Shown: positions 9,609 to 20,475 of the stretch, piece by piece | How positions within the stretch are numbered: the stretch's first letter is position 1 | Layout: each line of letters opens with the position of its first letter | Origin: an uncultured Spirochaetota bacterium | GTDB taxonomy: Bacteria; Spirochaetota; Brevinematia; Brevinematales; JAOACQ01 | Assembly: GCA_963768055.1 (NCBI GenBank) | Contig: CAVYGN010000002.1 | Location: 1,760,001-1,824,000, forward strand | DNA length: 64,000 bases | Direction: 5' to 3' | Made by a program: the position numbers and the translations under genes | The notes under the pieces: generated by a model | Database searches by the model: none | The model's input: only the letters and a program-made list of their open reading frames with translations | What the model was told of the DNA's origin: nothing

Positions 9609-12600
9609 TTGTCCTCCTTCGATAATACGTCGGATAGTTCTGTAATAAAGTCCATGTCAGGGTGGTCCTCGAATATTCCCTGTGCAGGCCCGTCGATACC
9701 GCGCAGAAATACATAGAATACCCCGCCGAAATTCACGGCGGTATTTTGATTACCATACTCCTTTAGATACTTCAATAGCGCAACCATATAGATATGATAC
9801 TGGAAAAAATACGCATGGCCGTTAACTGCCCGTGTAAGGCATTCAAGGTCATAACCCCGGGGATTTTCAGCCAGAGTGTTGGACTTCCAGTCGACAATAT
9901 AATATTTACCGCCAGCCTCCGCAACAAGGTCCATCTTTCCGTTCATCCAGCCCAGCAGTTCCCTGTCATGCAGACGATTCATGATATTCTTCATTTCGAG
10001 GGTTATCCTGCCGGAATCCGAATAAAGCCGCCTTATATCTTTGCTTTTTTTCCCGGAAAGGGGGAACCAGAACTCCATTTCCTGCGTCATCTTTACCTGG
10101 GGAATATCCCTGAATGCGACTCCCCCGCACGGGGAAAGGTTTATTGTCTTTTCCACAAGGCTAAGTACTTTATCCCCGTAATCTTCGTATTTCCAGCCGA
10201 AAGCCCTGAATTTTTCCTTGACAACTTCCCTGATATTTGTTCTATCCCATTTGCCGCCTGCAAGAGTCGATTCGAGAATGGAATGAAGGAGTGTGCCTGT
10301 TTCCTCTCCCCGGGGAATGTCGTCTTCGTTATAGGGGATAGGGTAGTAATCTTCAGCCAGTCCCCTTGAAAGCGATGTATAACTGTTTTGAGATAGGGAT
10401 AAAGCCTTCCGGGATTTTTCAGGTTTTACTATCCGCTTTTCAGTTTCAGTCTTTTCGGGCGTTAATAAGTTTTCATTTACGGCCCGGATGACCATATCCC
10501 TGCCGATAACATCCTTAAATTTATCCTCAATAGTTTCTATGACACTATCCCGGGTGCTTTCTTTTGTAATATTCAACATCTCCAATAGTGCAGAACCTCT
10601 ATGCTGACCGGCTGATCTTCCTATAAACAAATAACATAAATCCTCCGCCCGCGTGACCGCAACATACAACAGATGAGAATTTTCAACCCCGGCTTCTTTT
10701 TTTTCCCTGGCCTTCCTGCTTTTATCCAGATCAGGCGTTATATCAAAAACCGGTATGTTATTATCATCATGATATCTGACGCCGAATTTTTTATTGGGTG
10801 TATGGTAATACCATAGAAAAGGCACGAATACAATCGGATACTGCAGGCCCTTGCTGTTATGGATCGTGGCGATCTTTACAGCCTTGCGATCCGAATCCAG
10901 GCGGATTTCATCCTCCGAACCGTTAATTAAGATAAGAGAGAACCAGTTCAACAAAACTTCGGGACTGCCTGCTAACCTGTTGTCGGCTTCCTGGAGCCTT
11001 TCAACGAGGTGGAAAATATTAGTCAATCGCCTTTCTCCGTCCGAATATCCTGCCAGGCGTTTCTTCATATCATTGTAATTCAGTAGTTTCAAAATCATCG
11101 GCATAAACCCATGGTCTGTCCATAGGGCCTTGAGTTCGACGAAGGAAGAGATGCATTCGCTCCATATAGCGGTATTTTTATTTATATTATCGATCTCATC
11201 GGCTGCATATCCCATTGTTTCTGTAGCCAGAGCCGATCTTACTTTATTGCTGTCCGAATATTCGTGGATGCCCGACAGTATCGAATAAAGGTCTTTGGCC
11301 TCTGTTGTTTCATACAGCCTGTCTTTTTTCATTGTTATCGCGGGTATGCCTGCACTGGAAAGGGAATTTCTAACCATATTCCCTTCATTGTTGGTCCGGA
11401 CAAGGACAGCAATTTCAGAAGCTTCCGCATCATGGGCTAAGATGGATTTGATTTCATCGACCAGTTTGGCAAGGCACCATTGCCTTAGGGTTTCAATGTT
11501 ATCCCTGTTATAATCCCCGTCATAGACAAGTAAACGGAAGGCCCCGGGTTCCCCCGGTTTATCCAATCCGGGGCTTACTTTTAGGTCCGAAAACTCTTTA
11601 GTGCCGATTAATCTGAAGAATGCATTAAACGCGTTTACAAGGCCTTCCGAAGACCTGAAATTTTTATTTAGCGAATACTTTTCCAAACAACTTTCAGCAG
11701 CCTTGTAATAGGATTCAATATCCGCGTTCCGGAAGCTGAAGATAGACTGTTTCGGATCACCTACAAAAAATACCGGGTTATCCGTTCCGTTATATATCCT
11801 TGAAAATATCTCGTATTGAACGGGGTCCGTATCCTGGAATTCATCGATAATCACAGCCGGGCAGGAAGTCCGAAGGCGCGATACAAGAGCCCCGTTATGA
11901 TCCGATTTAAGGGCTTCATTTAATTCCTCAATAAGCCCCTGGTATCCTACCATGTTTTTTAAAAGCGCCTGCCTCTTTGTCATTTGCCGGAATAGCATAT
12001 GCAAATCCCTCAAAAAAGAGATTTCATCGGTTTCAGGATCTATTTTATCCGGATCTATAGCCAATATCACCCGGTCATTGCCATAATCTTTCGTTGTTTG
12101 AATAAATTCAGTGCTGTCCGTAAAATATCCGGCATAATCGCCCTGTAATTCTGCGAGATATTCTTCCGGCCTGACATACACCTTCCTCCTTAAAAGGTCG
12201 GCGCAGCATTCCTGAGTCATTCCGGCATAATCAGTCTCTATGCTGATAATTCCCGTCATTCCGGTTTTGAATGGATTTTCACGCAGAGCCCGGAGGCAAT
12301 AAGCATGTATAGTCGATATTCGGGCCCTGTCAAACTCGGCTATAGCCTTTTCCACCCTCTCCAGCGCTTTTTCTTTACTTATCGTTGCTGAAAGTTTTTT
12401 CCAGAACCTGTCCAGGTTCATGTCGGCGCCGGCATTTTCCCGGCCCAGCAATATAGTTTTGAAATCTGTCAGGGCTTTTAAAATCCGGCGCTGGAGCTGG
12501 GCCACCGCCGCTTCGGTAAAGGATACCGTTACGATCTGGTCAGGCATAAGACCTTTTCTGATGATAAGATGAAGATAGAGAAATGTTATCGTATAAGTTT

Positions 12601-12682
12601 TACCTGTGCCTGCGCTTGCCTCGATAAGGCGTGTCCCGGCCAGGTCCAGAGAAATATCCGTTACGTCAAAGTTCCTGATCAC
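9605..12682 (-). CDS. recB: Exodeoxyribonuclease V beta subunit
   Basis: IEASAGTGKTY, STIHAYC, IDEFQDTD, VGDPKQSIFSFR, TIHNSKGLQY, YVAVTRA, nuclease GKMD..IVDWKS; GTG start 12682 preferred. Confidence 0.93.
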   Translation of the reverse strand: MIRNFDVTDISLDLAGTRLIEASAGTGKTYTITFLYLHLIIRKGLMPDQIVTVSFTEAAVAQLQRRILKALTDFKTILLGRENAGADMNLDRFWKKLSATISKEKALERVEKAIAEFDRARISTIHAYCLRALRENPFKTGMTGIISIETDYAGMTQECCADLLRRKVYVRPEEYLAELQGDYAGYFTDSTEFIQTTKDYGNDRVILAIDPDKIDPETDEISFLRDLHMLFRQMTKRQALLKNMVGYQGLIEELNEALKSDHNGALVSRLRTSCPAVIIDEFQDTDPVQYEIFSRIYNGTDNPVFFVGDPKQSIFSFRNADIESYYKAAESCLEKYSLNKNFRSSEGLVNAFNAFFRLIGTKEFSDLKVSPGLDKPGEPGAFRLLVYDGDYNRDNIETLRQWCLAKLVDEIKSILAHDAEASEIAVLVRTNNEGNMVRNSLSSAGIPAITMKKDRLYETTEAKDLYSILSGIHEYSDSNKVRSALATETMGYAADEIDNINKNTAIWSECISSFVELKALWTDHGFMPMILKLLNYNDMKKRLAGYSDGERRLTNIFHLVERLQEADNRLAGSPEVLLNWFSLILINGSEDEIRLDSDRKAVKIATIHNSKGLQYPIVFVPFLWYYHTPNKKFGVRYHDDNNIPVFDITPDLDKSRKAREKKEAGVENSHLLYVAVTRAEDLCYLFIGRSAGQHRGSALLEMLNITKESTRDSVIETIEDKFKDVIGRDMVIRAVNENLLTPEKTETEKRIVKPEKSRKALSLSQNSYTSLSRGLAEDYYPIPYNEDDIPRGEETGTLLHSILESTLAGGKWDRTNIREVVKEKFRAFGWKYEDYGDKVLSLVEKTINLSPCGGVAFRDIPQVKMTQEMEFWFPLSGKKSKDIRRLYSDSGRITLEMKNIMNRLHDRELLGWMNGKMDLVAEAGGKYYIVDWKSNTLAENPRGYDLECLTRAVNGHAYFFQYHIYMVALLKYLKEYGNQNTAVNFGGVFYVFLRGIDGPAQGIFEDHPDMDFITELSDVLSKEDK

Positions 12683-15600
12683 CTGTGCGCTCCTTCTCTT
12701 CAAGAACCTCTTTCTTGTCAAAAAGAGGCTTGAGTACTTCCTCATACCAGTCTCTGAATTCGGTGCATTCAAGCGCTTCGCTTGATGAAGAAAAGCATCG
12801 GGCTACCCTGGGATCGTTCATATCCGAACCATAATCATTATATCCGGGTTCAAACTTTCTCCGGGCGCATTCAAGGGCCGCTTCCCGGTCGCCTTCATTT
12901 TCTTTCATTCTCTCCGCGTATTCCAGAGAACTTTTACTGAAAAGACAGGCCGGTTTAAGAAGGCCCTTTTTATAATAAGAAATGAGATTTTCCAATTCGT
13001 GTTTAGCTTCTGCGGCAGATTCCATAGGGTTCAATTTTAAACCTTCTCCCCTGAACACCGCCATACTTATTATCCTCTCATCGAGATTGATAATTAAATG
13101 ATCTATCCAGATCGAGAAAAGATCCCTCATTTTAATATTGGCGGGCCTGTAATATAATAGCTTATCCGGCGCTTTTTTAATATTCAGGTTTCCGATAAGC
13201 CGTGCGCCGTTAAGGCTCAGATCTATGTTCCTGCTGTGGATCAGGCACTGCTTGTAGAAAGGCGCCATTGCCTTTACCCTGTCGGCAAAATCCCGGGCTT
13301 TCGAAATGATTTTTTTTAATTCGATCTCGCCGATCCTGCCCGGAGGGAATTCGCCGGATTTTAACCTGACATCCCTTTCCCTTGTAAAAAGTTCTTCTTC
13401 GGTTTTTCCGTTTAGCAGGTCTTCGATCAAATCTTTCTGGAGAAGGAAGGATTCCAGATGGCTGACTCCGAAGGGTTCAAAATCTTCAAATTCTTCTTCT
13501 GGATTCCCGGCCCTGATCTTTAAAATATTTTCGAACAAATATTCCTGGGGATTGTCGTAAAAGCTTTTCAGATCGTCCAGGGCGAGCTCTTTCAGATCGC
13601 TGATTATATCAGGAGGAAGAACCTGCCTGAAAAAACGCGGGTATTCATCACCAGACCTGCCGGAAGCTAACACTTCGGCCGTATGAAAGGATGTTTCAGA
13701 AAAACTTTTCAGGCCGGAGCCGGGTTCAAAATACATCGGATCGAAAGAATGAAGCCGGTGTTTGAATATTTTTCTCCTATCGCCGGTGACATTTTCAAGC
13801 AGTTCGTCTATACACACGGAGGGAGGGATTTCGCTGTTATCTTTCATGTTCTGCCCGGTATATGTCACTATGAAAGCCTTCTCTGAATTATTAAAAGCCT
13901 CAATAAAGCCTTCTCTGTCATCGAGCCGCTGGGATCTGTCATGAGGCCGGGGTTTTCCCATCAGGTCAATGTCTGATATGGGGTCCATGCGGGGAAAAGC
14001 CCCGAATGCCATTCCCATAAAACCTGTCAACTTGGCCGGTATGCCCCGGCCGTTGGCGGGACTGCAGAAAGTTATTCCCCCGATCAGCGAAGACCTGCCG
14101 GGCCTGGATAGAGACAACCCTGATGAGACTGACTCAAAAATTATTTCGGATGAAACTTCCATTTCGCCCCTATATTCGCAAAGTTCGTTGATGATTGCCC
14201 TGAGATTACCGACATCCGTTTCTTCATCCTCATCCTGCCGGGGATCGTAAATGAACAGGTCGACAAGGTCCATCAAGGTTTCACGCCATGAGCTTATAGT
14301 CATCTTTACAGACATTTTTTCCCTGAATAGTATTGCCCTGTCAATGAACAGGTCGAACTTTGCAAGCGATTCCAGGTCGGATTCCTCAATATTGCCGGCA
14401 GGCAGAACCTCTTCAAAGATCTGTTTTCTTTTATCGCTCTGCGCTTCGGGCAGGAACACATAGGCCAGGAATAACCTTTTCAATCCCTCGCGCCAGGAAT
14501 TTTCCTCGAACGCGGGAACATTGAACCGTTCGGCGCGGTCTTTCCCGTCAACCCCCCATGCGATGCGTGATTGTCTTACCCACTCCCTGACTTTTATAAG
14601 GTCTTCATTGCTTGCTCCGAAACAGCGCATCACGGGTTCGTGTTCGAAAAGCCCGAGCATTTCCGATGCGGTAAACCGAATATCCGGAAGCCGCAGTAAT
14701 GTAAGGAAAGAAGAATAAACGGGCGATTGCCTTGAAGTAGTCCGGCCGGATATCATGTAATCGAGGGGATTGTCGCCCTCGCTTCCGAAAACAGCGCTGA
14801 TATATGGCGCATAGGCTTCGAGGTCAGGCACATTTATTATGACATCATCAAGGAGAATATCCTTATCTTTATCGAAGATCTCCAATAACTGGTCCTTCAG
14901 CGCTTCAGCTTCACGGAGCATACTGTGGCAGGAATGGATAAATACGGAAGGCTGTTTTTTACCGCTATTCGATCGCAGTTCTTCTTTTAATTCGCCTGTA
15001 AGTTCCGAACCCCGGCCAGGGCTGCCGAGCCCTATGTCGTAGAAATATATCTCGCAATGTTTCTTGAGAAAAGTTATGAGATCCCGGTGGAAGGGGGTCA
15101 TCAACCGGACGCCGAAGATAAAAATCGATCCCGGAAGTTTTTTAACCATCCTTCCCGATTCTAGTTTCGAAATCAGGTTAGCCTTGTGAATCTTCCCTTT
15201 CATAACCGTGCGCCAGAGTTCGGGCTGCCAGGGATGTTCTACAGCGGCGCTGTCAATTCCGGCTTCCCAATCCAATACCATTTCTCTTCGAAATACTGCA
15301 TACTGGTCAAAGAGGTCGGCAACCATCCTGGATAACCTGAAAAGCCGGAGGTCATATAGTATCTGCCTGTCCTTTTCATCTACTTCAGCCGGCGAAAGAT
15401 GGTCTTTGACTTCCTTGAATGACGTTTTTTCGAGCTGGCTTCCAATGGAGTCCATGATTTCCCATACAAGGAGACTTGAATTTTCTGAGAGCGCCGGACT
15501 ATTTTCACCGAGAAACGCTTCTATCGCCAGGGTCGTCAGCCTGTCGGGGAATTTCATTTCAAGATTAGCTGAAATTCCATTTTTTTCGGCGACACGGAGG

Positions 15601-15743
15601 GATATCCATTTCATCATTGTGAGAGTTGGGCTGACGATAAGGGTGCGTTCAAGAGGCGCTTCCCCGGTATGTTCCTTAATTCTCTCCGAGAGATGGGCAA
15701 TAAGGCTATCGGCCGAATCGCCTGAAATGATTTTCAATGGCAT
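12666..15743 (-). CDS. recC: Exodeoxyribonuclease V gamma subunit
   Basis: ADLFDQYAVFR, WQPELWR, HSCHSMLREAE, YAPYISAVF, IAWG, PPSVCIDEL; recC-recB-recD order. Confidence 0.92.
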   Translation of the reverse strand: MPLKIISGDSADSLIAHLSERIKEHTGEAPLERTLIVSPTLTMMKWISLRVAEKNGISANLEMKFPDRLTTLAIEAFLGENSPALSENSSLLVWEIMDSIGSQLEKTSFKEVKDHLSPAEVDEKDRQILYDLRLFRLSRMVADLFDQYAVFRREMVLDWEAGIDSAAVEHPWQPELWRTVMKGKIHKANLISKLESGRMVKKLPGSIFIFGVRLMTPFHRDLITFLKKHCEIYFYDIGLGSPGRGSELTGELKEELRSNSGKKQPSVFIHSCHSMLREAEALKDQLLEIFDKDKDILLDDVIINVPDLEAYAPYISAVFGSEGDNPLDYMISGRTTSRQSPVYSSFLTLLRLPDIRFTASEMLGLFEHEPVMRCFGASNEDLIKVREWVRQSRIAWGVDGKDRAERFNVPAFEENSWREGLKRLFLAYVFLPEAQSDKRKQIFEEVLPAGNIEESDLESLAKFDLFIDRAILFREKMSVKMTISSWRETLMDLVDLFIYDPRQDEDEETDVGNLRAIINELCEYRGEMEVSSEIIFESVSSGLSLSRPGRSSLIGGITFCSPANGRGIPAKLTGFMGMAFGAFPRMDPISDIDLMGKPRPHDRSQRLDDREGFIEAFNNSEKAFIVTYTGQNMKDNSEIPPSVCIDELLENVTGDRRKIFKHRLHSFDPMYFEPGSGLKSFSETSFHTAEVLASGRSGDEYPRFFRQVLPPDIISDLKELALDDLKSFYDNPQEYLFENILKIRAGNPEEEFEDFEPFGVSHLESFLLQKDLIEDLLNGKTEEELFTRERDVRLKSGEFPPGRIGEIELKKIISKARDFADRVKAMAPFYKQCLIHSRNIDLSLNGARLIGNLNIKKAPDKLLYYRPANIKMRDLFSIWIDHLIINLDERIISMAVFRGEGLKLNPMESAAEAKHELENLISYYKKGLLKPACLFSKSSLEYAERMKENEGDREAALECARRKFEPGYNDYGSDMNDPRVARCFSSSSEALECTEFRDWYEEVLKPLFDKKEVLEEKERTGDQEL

Positions 15744-15758
15744 TGGCGTCTCCCACTG

Positions 15759-16877
15759 TCATTTCGGCAATGAGACATCGCAGTAATATGAGTAATCCCC
15801 TCCTGATGGGGCTGATACCGGTTCGCTTTTTTGCGTTTTAAAATCATAATAATAAAATTCGGTGTTTTTTTCATATGTTTGGACAGAATAAATTAAACCC
15901 ATGCTATCACCCGTCATGGAAGGGTATATTGGGACATCCGAGGAAGATTTTGAAGTATACAGCAACTTTTCATTTGAAACGGCAAGATTGGCAATGTCTA
16001 TTTCGGCGGTAGCGATAGATTTTTTTCCATAATAGATTATAAATTCTTCCCCTTTCGACCAGGTATTAAAAGGCATCTCATAAAAGGGTTTATGCCAGTA
16101 AGAATATTCCAGTTCGTAACTGAGCCGGTTTTCGTCCTTCGACAGGGTCAAGTGAAAGGGAAAACCCTCCAGTTTGCCCCGGAAACGAAGCTGCTCGTAT
16201 TTCCCGTTTTTGCCGGGATCGGGGGTCAAAACGAACATATAGGGCGGAAGGTAATATCCGTCCTTTTCAGGGCTTGACGAGAACAGGTAGGCGAATATGT
16301 TTTCAGCGTTCCTGTCGCTGAATATTATTATCCTCCCGTCCCTGAGGCATGTAAATCCTGTTTCATTACGCGAACTGTCGCTTATAAGAATTTCATCGCC
16401 GGGCTTTGCACCTACCGCTGTGCGGTAAATATACCATCTCCATTTGGAGTAATCGAAGCGGTTGAATATTATAAAATTCGAACCCTCCCGTGACCATGTA
16501 GGGCTGAAATCGTTAAATTTGTCCCCTGTAAGCTCCTGTAATCCTGTTCCATCGGGGTGTATTATACATATATAAGAGCTTGAGCCGTCCGATGTTTTTT
16601 TCGATAATCTGGAAAATAAGATCCATTTTCCATCGGGGGACCAGGACAGTTCCATATCGTAACCCCCGGTGATCTTTTTTTCCATTGTTTTTCCCGGTGT
16701 CACCGTATTGATGAAAATACTTCCGTTAAGGGTATATGCCCCATGAAAATCGGTAATATCCATGATCGTATTGGTAATCTGGTTATTGAAAGGAGGGGCC
16801 GAGGTATAATTTTGATGTCTCGCATGGACCAGGCTGAAAAACGATGCAAGCAGGATTAAGATTATACCCAACCGCAT
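15759..16877 (-). CDS. Secreted TolB-like (PD40) beta-propeller protein
   Basis: Signal peptide MRLGIILILLASFFSLVHA; SWSPDGKWILFS, PDGTGLQELT, SPTWSREG. Confidence 0.75.
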   Translation of the reverse strand: MRLGIILILLASFFSLVHARHQNYTSAPPFNNQITNTIMDITDFHGAYTLNGSIFINTVTPGKTMEKKITGGYDMELSWSPDGKWILFSRLSKKTSDGSSSYICIIHPDGTGLQELTGDKFNDFSPTWSREGSNFIIFNRFDYSKWRWYIYRTAVGAKPGDEILISDSSRNETGFTCLRDGRIIIFSDRNAENIFAYLFSSSPEKDGYYLPPYMFVLTPDPGKNGKYEQLRFRGKLEGFPFHLTLSKDENRLSYELEYSYWHKPFYEMPFNTWSKGEEFIIYYGKKSIATAEIDIANLAVSNEKLLYTSKSSSDVPIYPSMTGDSMGLIYSVQTYEKNTEFYYYDFKTQKSEPVSAPSGGDYSYYCDVSLPK

Positions 16878-17113
16878 TGTAACTCCAGAAAATAACATCT
16901 ATAATTCCTTAAATTCTAATATAAAATCAGGGATTATTCAATAGGAATTTCAGCTTATATAATAAATTCGTGTGAATTATGCCATGTTATAACAATTAAT
17001 TCCAATTTTATTGGATTAATCTCATTTATTCTTTATAATAAAAAACAAAATGAATTCTCCGGGGTAAACGCCCTCCAAATTTTACATTCCCCCGGCGGAA
17101 AACCGGATTACAA

Positions 17114-18067
17114 ATGGGTTATTATATCTTCATTTTATATTTAATTTCCTATTCAACGGGTTTTGCCTCTCTGACCCTTTTGATTTTACTCTATATAAGG
17201 CATAAAACCGGGTCGATACTTTATTATATTATTTATCTGATAGTTTTTACCGGCACCCTGGTCCTGAATAATATCGAATTTTACAGGGTTTCCATTCTTT
17301 TCAAATACGACACTTACTCTAGCATCTGGGTGAAACTGATTTACAATCTCCTTTTCGGGGCCTTGTTCTATATTGTTCCCCTTTACAACCATAAATTCCT
17401 TAACCTTGCGTTTCACCTCTTTCATAAATTAATTTTTGGCGCGCTTTTCCTCTTCTCTATAATTATTGCGTTTATACCCTATTTATACGAGGGGATCAGG
17501 CGCGGCCAGGCAATGATATTAAGTTTTAAGATTACTGTATTTATAGCTATAGCGATAATATTGTATTGTATAATCCTATCCATATCCGGCATCAGGAAAA
17601 CCAGCGTCGAGGAAAAAAAAGCTGTAATCCGGTTTTTCCTTATTTACAATGCCCTTTATTTCCTGGTTCTCATGTTCGAATATTACTGGAATTTTAATTT
17701 TCAGAACAGGATAAGGCCTATCTCCTTCGGCAATCTTTTTTATTTCGTACTTAACCTTATTACCGTTTTATTCATTTCAAGGAACTTTTTCATCCCGCAG
17801 GCAAAAGTATCCCTTGACGACATACCGGACGGGATCCTCAGGAAGTTTAAGCTTACGCCAAGGGAAAAGGAGATAATAATAATGATATCGAAAGGCCTTA
17901 CGCATAAGATGATAGCTTCCGAATTGGGAATAGCCACGCTGACCGTCAAAAACCATATTTATAATATCTATCAAAAAACCAAGGCAGTCAGTAAGATCGA
18001 CCTTGTCAATAAAATAAACCTTGGAAATCCGGTCGTGGAATCGAAATTCAATTCCATTTTTTCATAG
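17114..18067 (+). CDS. Membrane-anchored LuxR-family transcriptional regulator
   Basis: About 7 hydrophobic helices, then LTPREKEII..GLTHKMIASELGIATLTVKNHIYNIYQK HTH. Confidence 0.9.
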   Translation: MGYYIFILYLISYSTGFASLTLLILLYIRHKTGSILYYIIYLIVFTGTLVLNNIEFYRVSILFKYDTYSSIWVKLIYNLLFGALFYIVPLYNHKFLNLAFHLFHKLIFGALFLFSIIIAFIPYLYEGIRRGQAMILSFKITVFIAIAIILYCIILSISGIRKTSVEEKKAVIRFFLIYNALYFLVLMFEYYWNFNFQNRIRPISFGNLFYFVLNLITVLFISRNFFIPQAKVSLDDIPDGILRKFKLTPREKEIIIMISKGLTHKMIASELGIATLTVKNHIYNIYQKTKAVSKIDLVNKINLGNPVVESKFNSIFS

Positions 18068-18129
18068 TTCATGGGCTTTAAAGCCAGTTCATACCGCTTT
18101 TTCCCGGCCTCATGAGACAAATGGCTCAC

Positions 18130-18158
18130 TTGTAAAAAAAATCGGGATAGTCTATAAT
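18130..18158 (+). promoter_or_regulatory. Putative sigma70 promoter for the ankyrin-ExbBD-ABC operon
   Basis: TTGTAA-17 nt-TATAAT. Confidence 0.5.
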
Positions 18159-18251
18159 TCCCATTGAAATCGTATCATTATCAGTTTAAACTATATTGAA
18201 TTTTAAACAACCGGACTCGCTTATTTTTCAATAACTGCAAAGGGGTAATTC

Positions 18252-20462
18252 ATGAAACAAATTCTTCAGGCATCTTTAATTTTGTTTTTGGTTTTTTTTA
18301 TACCTCATATAATTTTCGGGGACGCGGCGGATGAGTTTTTCGATGCAATCGCGGTCAATGACCTGCCGTCAGTTATAAACTATCTGCAGGCCGGCGGGGA
18401 CCCCAATGTGAGGGATGAATACGGCACTACTCCGTTAATGCTTGCGGCTAAGACAGGTAATTACGACGCGGCCTGCCTGATCCTCCATGACTTTTCCTCG
18501 CCGGGGGTTGTTGCTTTAAAGAGATATGACCAGGTAAAGGCGTATCTTAAGTCGATAGAAAGGGGGCCTAAGTCTGATGTAAACATCAGGAATAATGACG
18601 GTATGACCGCCTTGATGGCTGCCGCTTTAAGCGGGAACCTCCAGATGGTAAGCCTTATTGTAAAAGCGAAGGCCGATATAAACGCTACCAATAACGACGG
18701 AATAACGGCCCTGATGGGCGCCGCGATTACCGGGGACCCCGATATTGTAAAGCTTCTGATCGAAAAGAGAGCCGGGGTGAATATCAAGAACAGGGACGGT
18801 TACACGGCCTTAATATTGGCAGCCGAGAACGACAGGTCCGACTTTGTCAGATTAGAGGTAAAGACAATAAAAGAGGCGAAAATAAAGCAGGACCTTGAAA
18901 AAGTCGCATTGATCCATGCCGCGCACAACAGGCATTCTGATGTAATAAAGATCCTGATCGAAGCAAAGGCCGACATCAACGCCAGGGATAAAAAGAACGA
19001 GACTGTATTGATGAAGGCCGCCCGGGACGGCCATGCCGATATAGTAAAACTTCTTGTCGATAACGGCGCCAATGTAAACGCGAAAGACGACGGGGGCGGA
19101 ACAGCCTTCATGGGCGCAGCCGAAAGCGGACAACCCGAAGCAGTGCGGATCCTCCTTGAAGCTAAAGCCGATGTAAATGCCAAAGATAAAACAGGAAAGA
19201 CAGCCTTAAACAGGGCGGCTGAAAAGGGTCAGTCCGATATCGTCAGGATGCTTCTTCTCGGCAAAGCCGATATAAATCTTAAAAATAATGAAGGCATGAC
19301 GCCGCTTATGCTTTCGGTTTCAAACGGGCGGACGGAAGCCGCCAAAACCCTTCTTGAATCAAAAGCCGATTGCAACGCAAGGGATAACGGGGGCTCGACC
19401 GCCCTGATACTTGCCGCATACTTCGGCAGGGCGGATATGGCAAAACTCTTGATAGATTCCGGCGCCGATATCAACAGGAAAAACAACGACGGGACGACAG
19501 CCCTGATGATTGCTGCCTCAAAGGGTTACGCCGACATCTTAAAACTCCTTATTAGCGCCGGCGGCGATTTTAATGCCAGGGACAACGACGGCATTTCGGC
19601 TTCAACAGCAGCGGCGTCTAAAGGCGACACCGAGATACTCAAGATCCTTGCCGGTTCCGGGGCGAATATAAACTCAGCCGACAGCGACGGTATGACCGCA
19701 TTAATGGCCGCGGCGTTGAAGGGAAATACCGACATTATGAAAATAATTATAGACGCGGGGGCCGACGTAAATGCCAGGGATAAAAAAGGCATGACAGCGC
19801 TGATAGGGGCGGCATACAAGGGGAAAACCGAGGCCGTTAAAATGCTTTTGGACTATAAAGCGAAGGTAAACATAAAGACGATTCAGGGATCTACCGCCCT
19901 TCTTGGAGCTGCTCAAGGCAATGAAAGCGACACGGTCAAGATTCTTATCGATTCCGGGGCGGATGTGAATCTGCAGGACAATGACGGAACGACCCCGCTG
20001 ATGGATGCGGCTTCAGGAGGAAATGAAGAAGTGATAAAGCGCCTTATCGACGCGAAAGCGGATGTGAACGCAAGCGACAAGTTCGGGCAAACCGCATTGA
20101 TCGAAGCGGTAAGGAATAATCATGACGGGGCCGTCAGGATCCTTATCGAGGCTAAAGCCGATGTAAACGCCAGGGACAGCGATAATCAGAGTTCTCTGAT
20201 GCATGCAGCATATAACGGTAACGAGGATATAGTAAAAATCCTTATAGATTCAAAAGCCGACGTAAATTCTAAGGACGTAGACGGCCAGACTGCCCTGATG
20301 CTTGCGGCCTATCAGGGGCGCGGAGAAGTCATAAAGATTTTGATCGATTCAAAGGCGGACGTTAACGCCAGGGACATGCATGGCCAGTCGGCTTTGATGT
20401 TTGCTCTGAATAAACAGAACAGCGAAATAATTAATTTATTGAAAGAAGCCGGAGCTAAATAA
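18252..20462 (+). CDS. Secreted ankyrin-repeat protein (about 20 repeats)
   Basis: Signal-like N-terminus; tandem 33-aa G-x-TALMxAA...LIxAxADVN repeats. Confidence 0.95.
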   Translation: MKQILQASLILFLVFFIPHIIFGDAADEFFDAIAVNDLPSVINYLQAGGDPNVRDEYGTTPLMLAAKTGNYDAACLILHDFSSPGVVALKRYDQVKAYLKSIERGPKSDVNIRNNDGMTALMAAALSGNLQMVSLIVKAKADINATNNDGITALMGAAITGDPDIVKLLIEKRAGVNIKNRDGYTALILAAENDRSDFVRLEVKTIKEAKIKQDLEKVALIHAAHNRHSDVIKILIEAKADINARDKKNETVLMKAARDGHADIVKLLVDNGANVNAKDDGGGTAFMGAAESGQPEAVRILLEAKADVNAKDKTGKTALNRAAEKGQSDIVRMLLLGKADINLKNNEGMTPLMLSVSNGRTEAAKTLLESKADCNARDNGGSTALILAAYFGRADMAKLLIDSGADINRKNNDGTTALMIAASKGYADILKLLISAGGDFNARDNDGISASTAAASKGDTEILKILAGSGANINSADSDGMTALMAAALKGNTDIMKIIIDAGADVNARDKKGMTALIGAAYKGKTEAVKMLLDYKAKVNIKTIQGSTALLGAAQGNESDTVKILIDSGADVNLQDNDGTTPLMDAASGGNEEVIKRLIDAKADVNASDKFGQTALIEAVRNNHDGAVRILIEAKADVNARDSDNQSSLMHAAYNGNEDIVKILIDSKADVNSKDVDGQTALMLAAYQGRGEVIKILIDSKADVNARDMHGQSALMFALNKQNSEIINLLKEAGAK

Positions 20463-20475
20463 AGGGGGACCGTTT

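Noticed and set aside
12683..12772. Longer N-termini in the ORF track for recB (likewise hyfC, hyfE, DUF488, second permease)
   Set aside because: The extensions overlap upstream genes or lack homology-like sequence; downstream starts give typical translational coupling.
5983..15743. Retron-like guard of RecBCD with a patatin effector
   Set aside because: No reverse transcriptase or msr/msd-like inverted repeats; adjacency alone is not evidence.
18252..20462. Periodic ~99-bp DNA similarity suggesting an array
   Set aside because: Fully explained by degenerate coding ankyrin repeats; no identical repeats with spacers, so not CRISPR.
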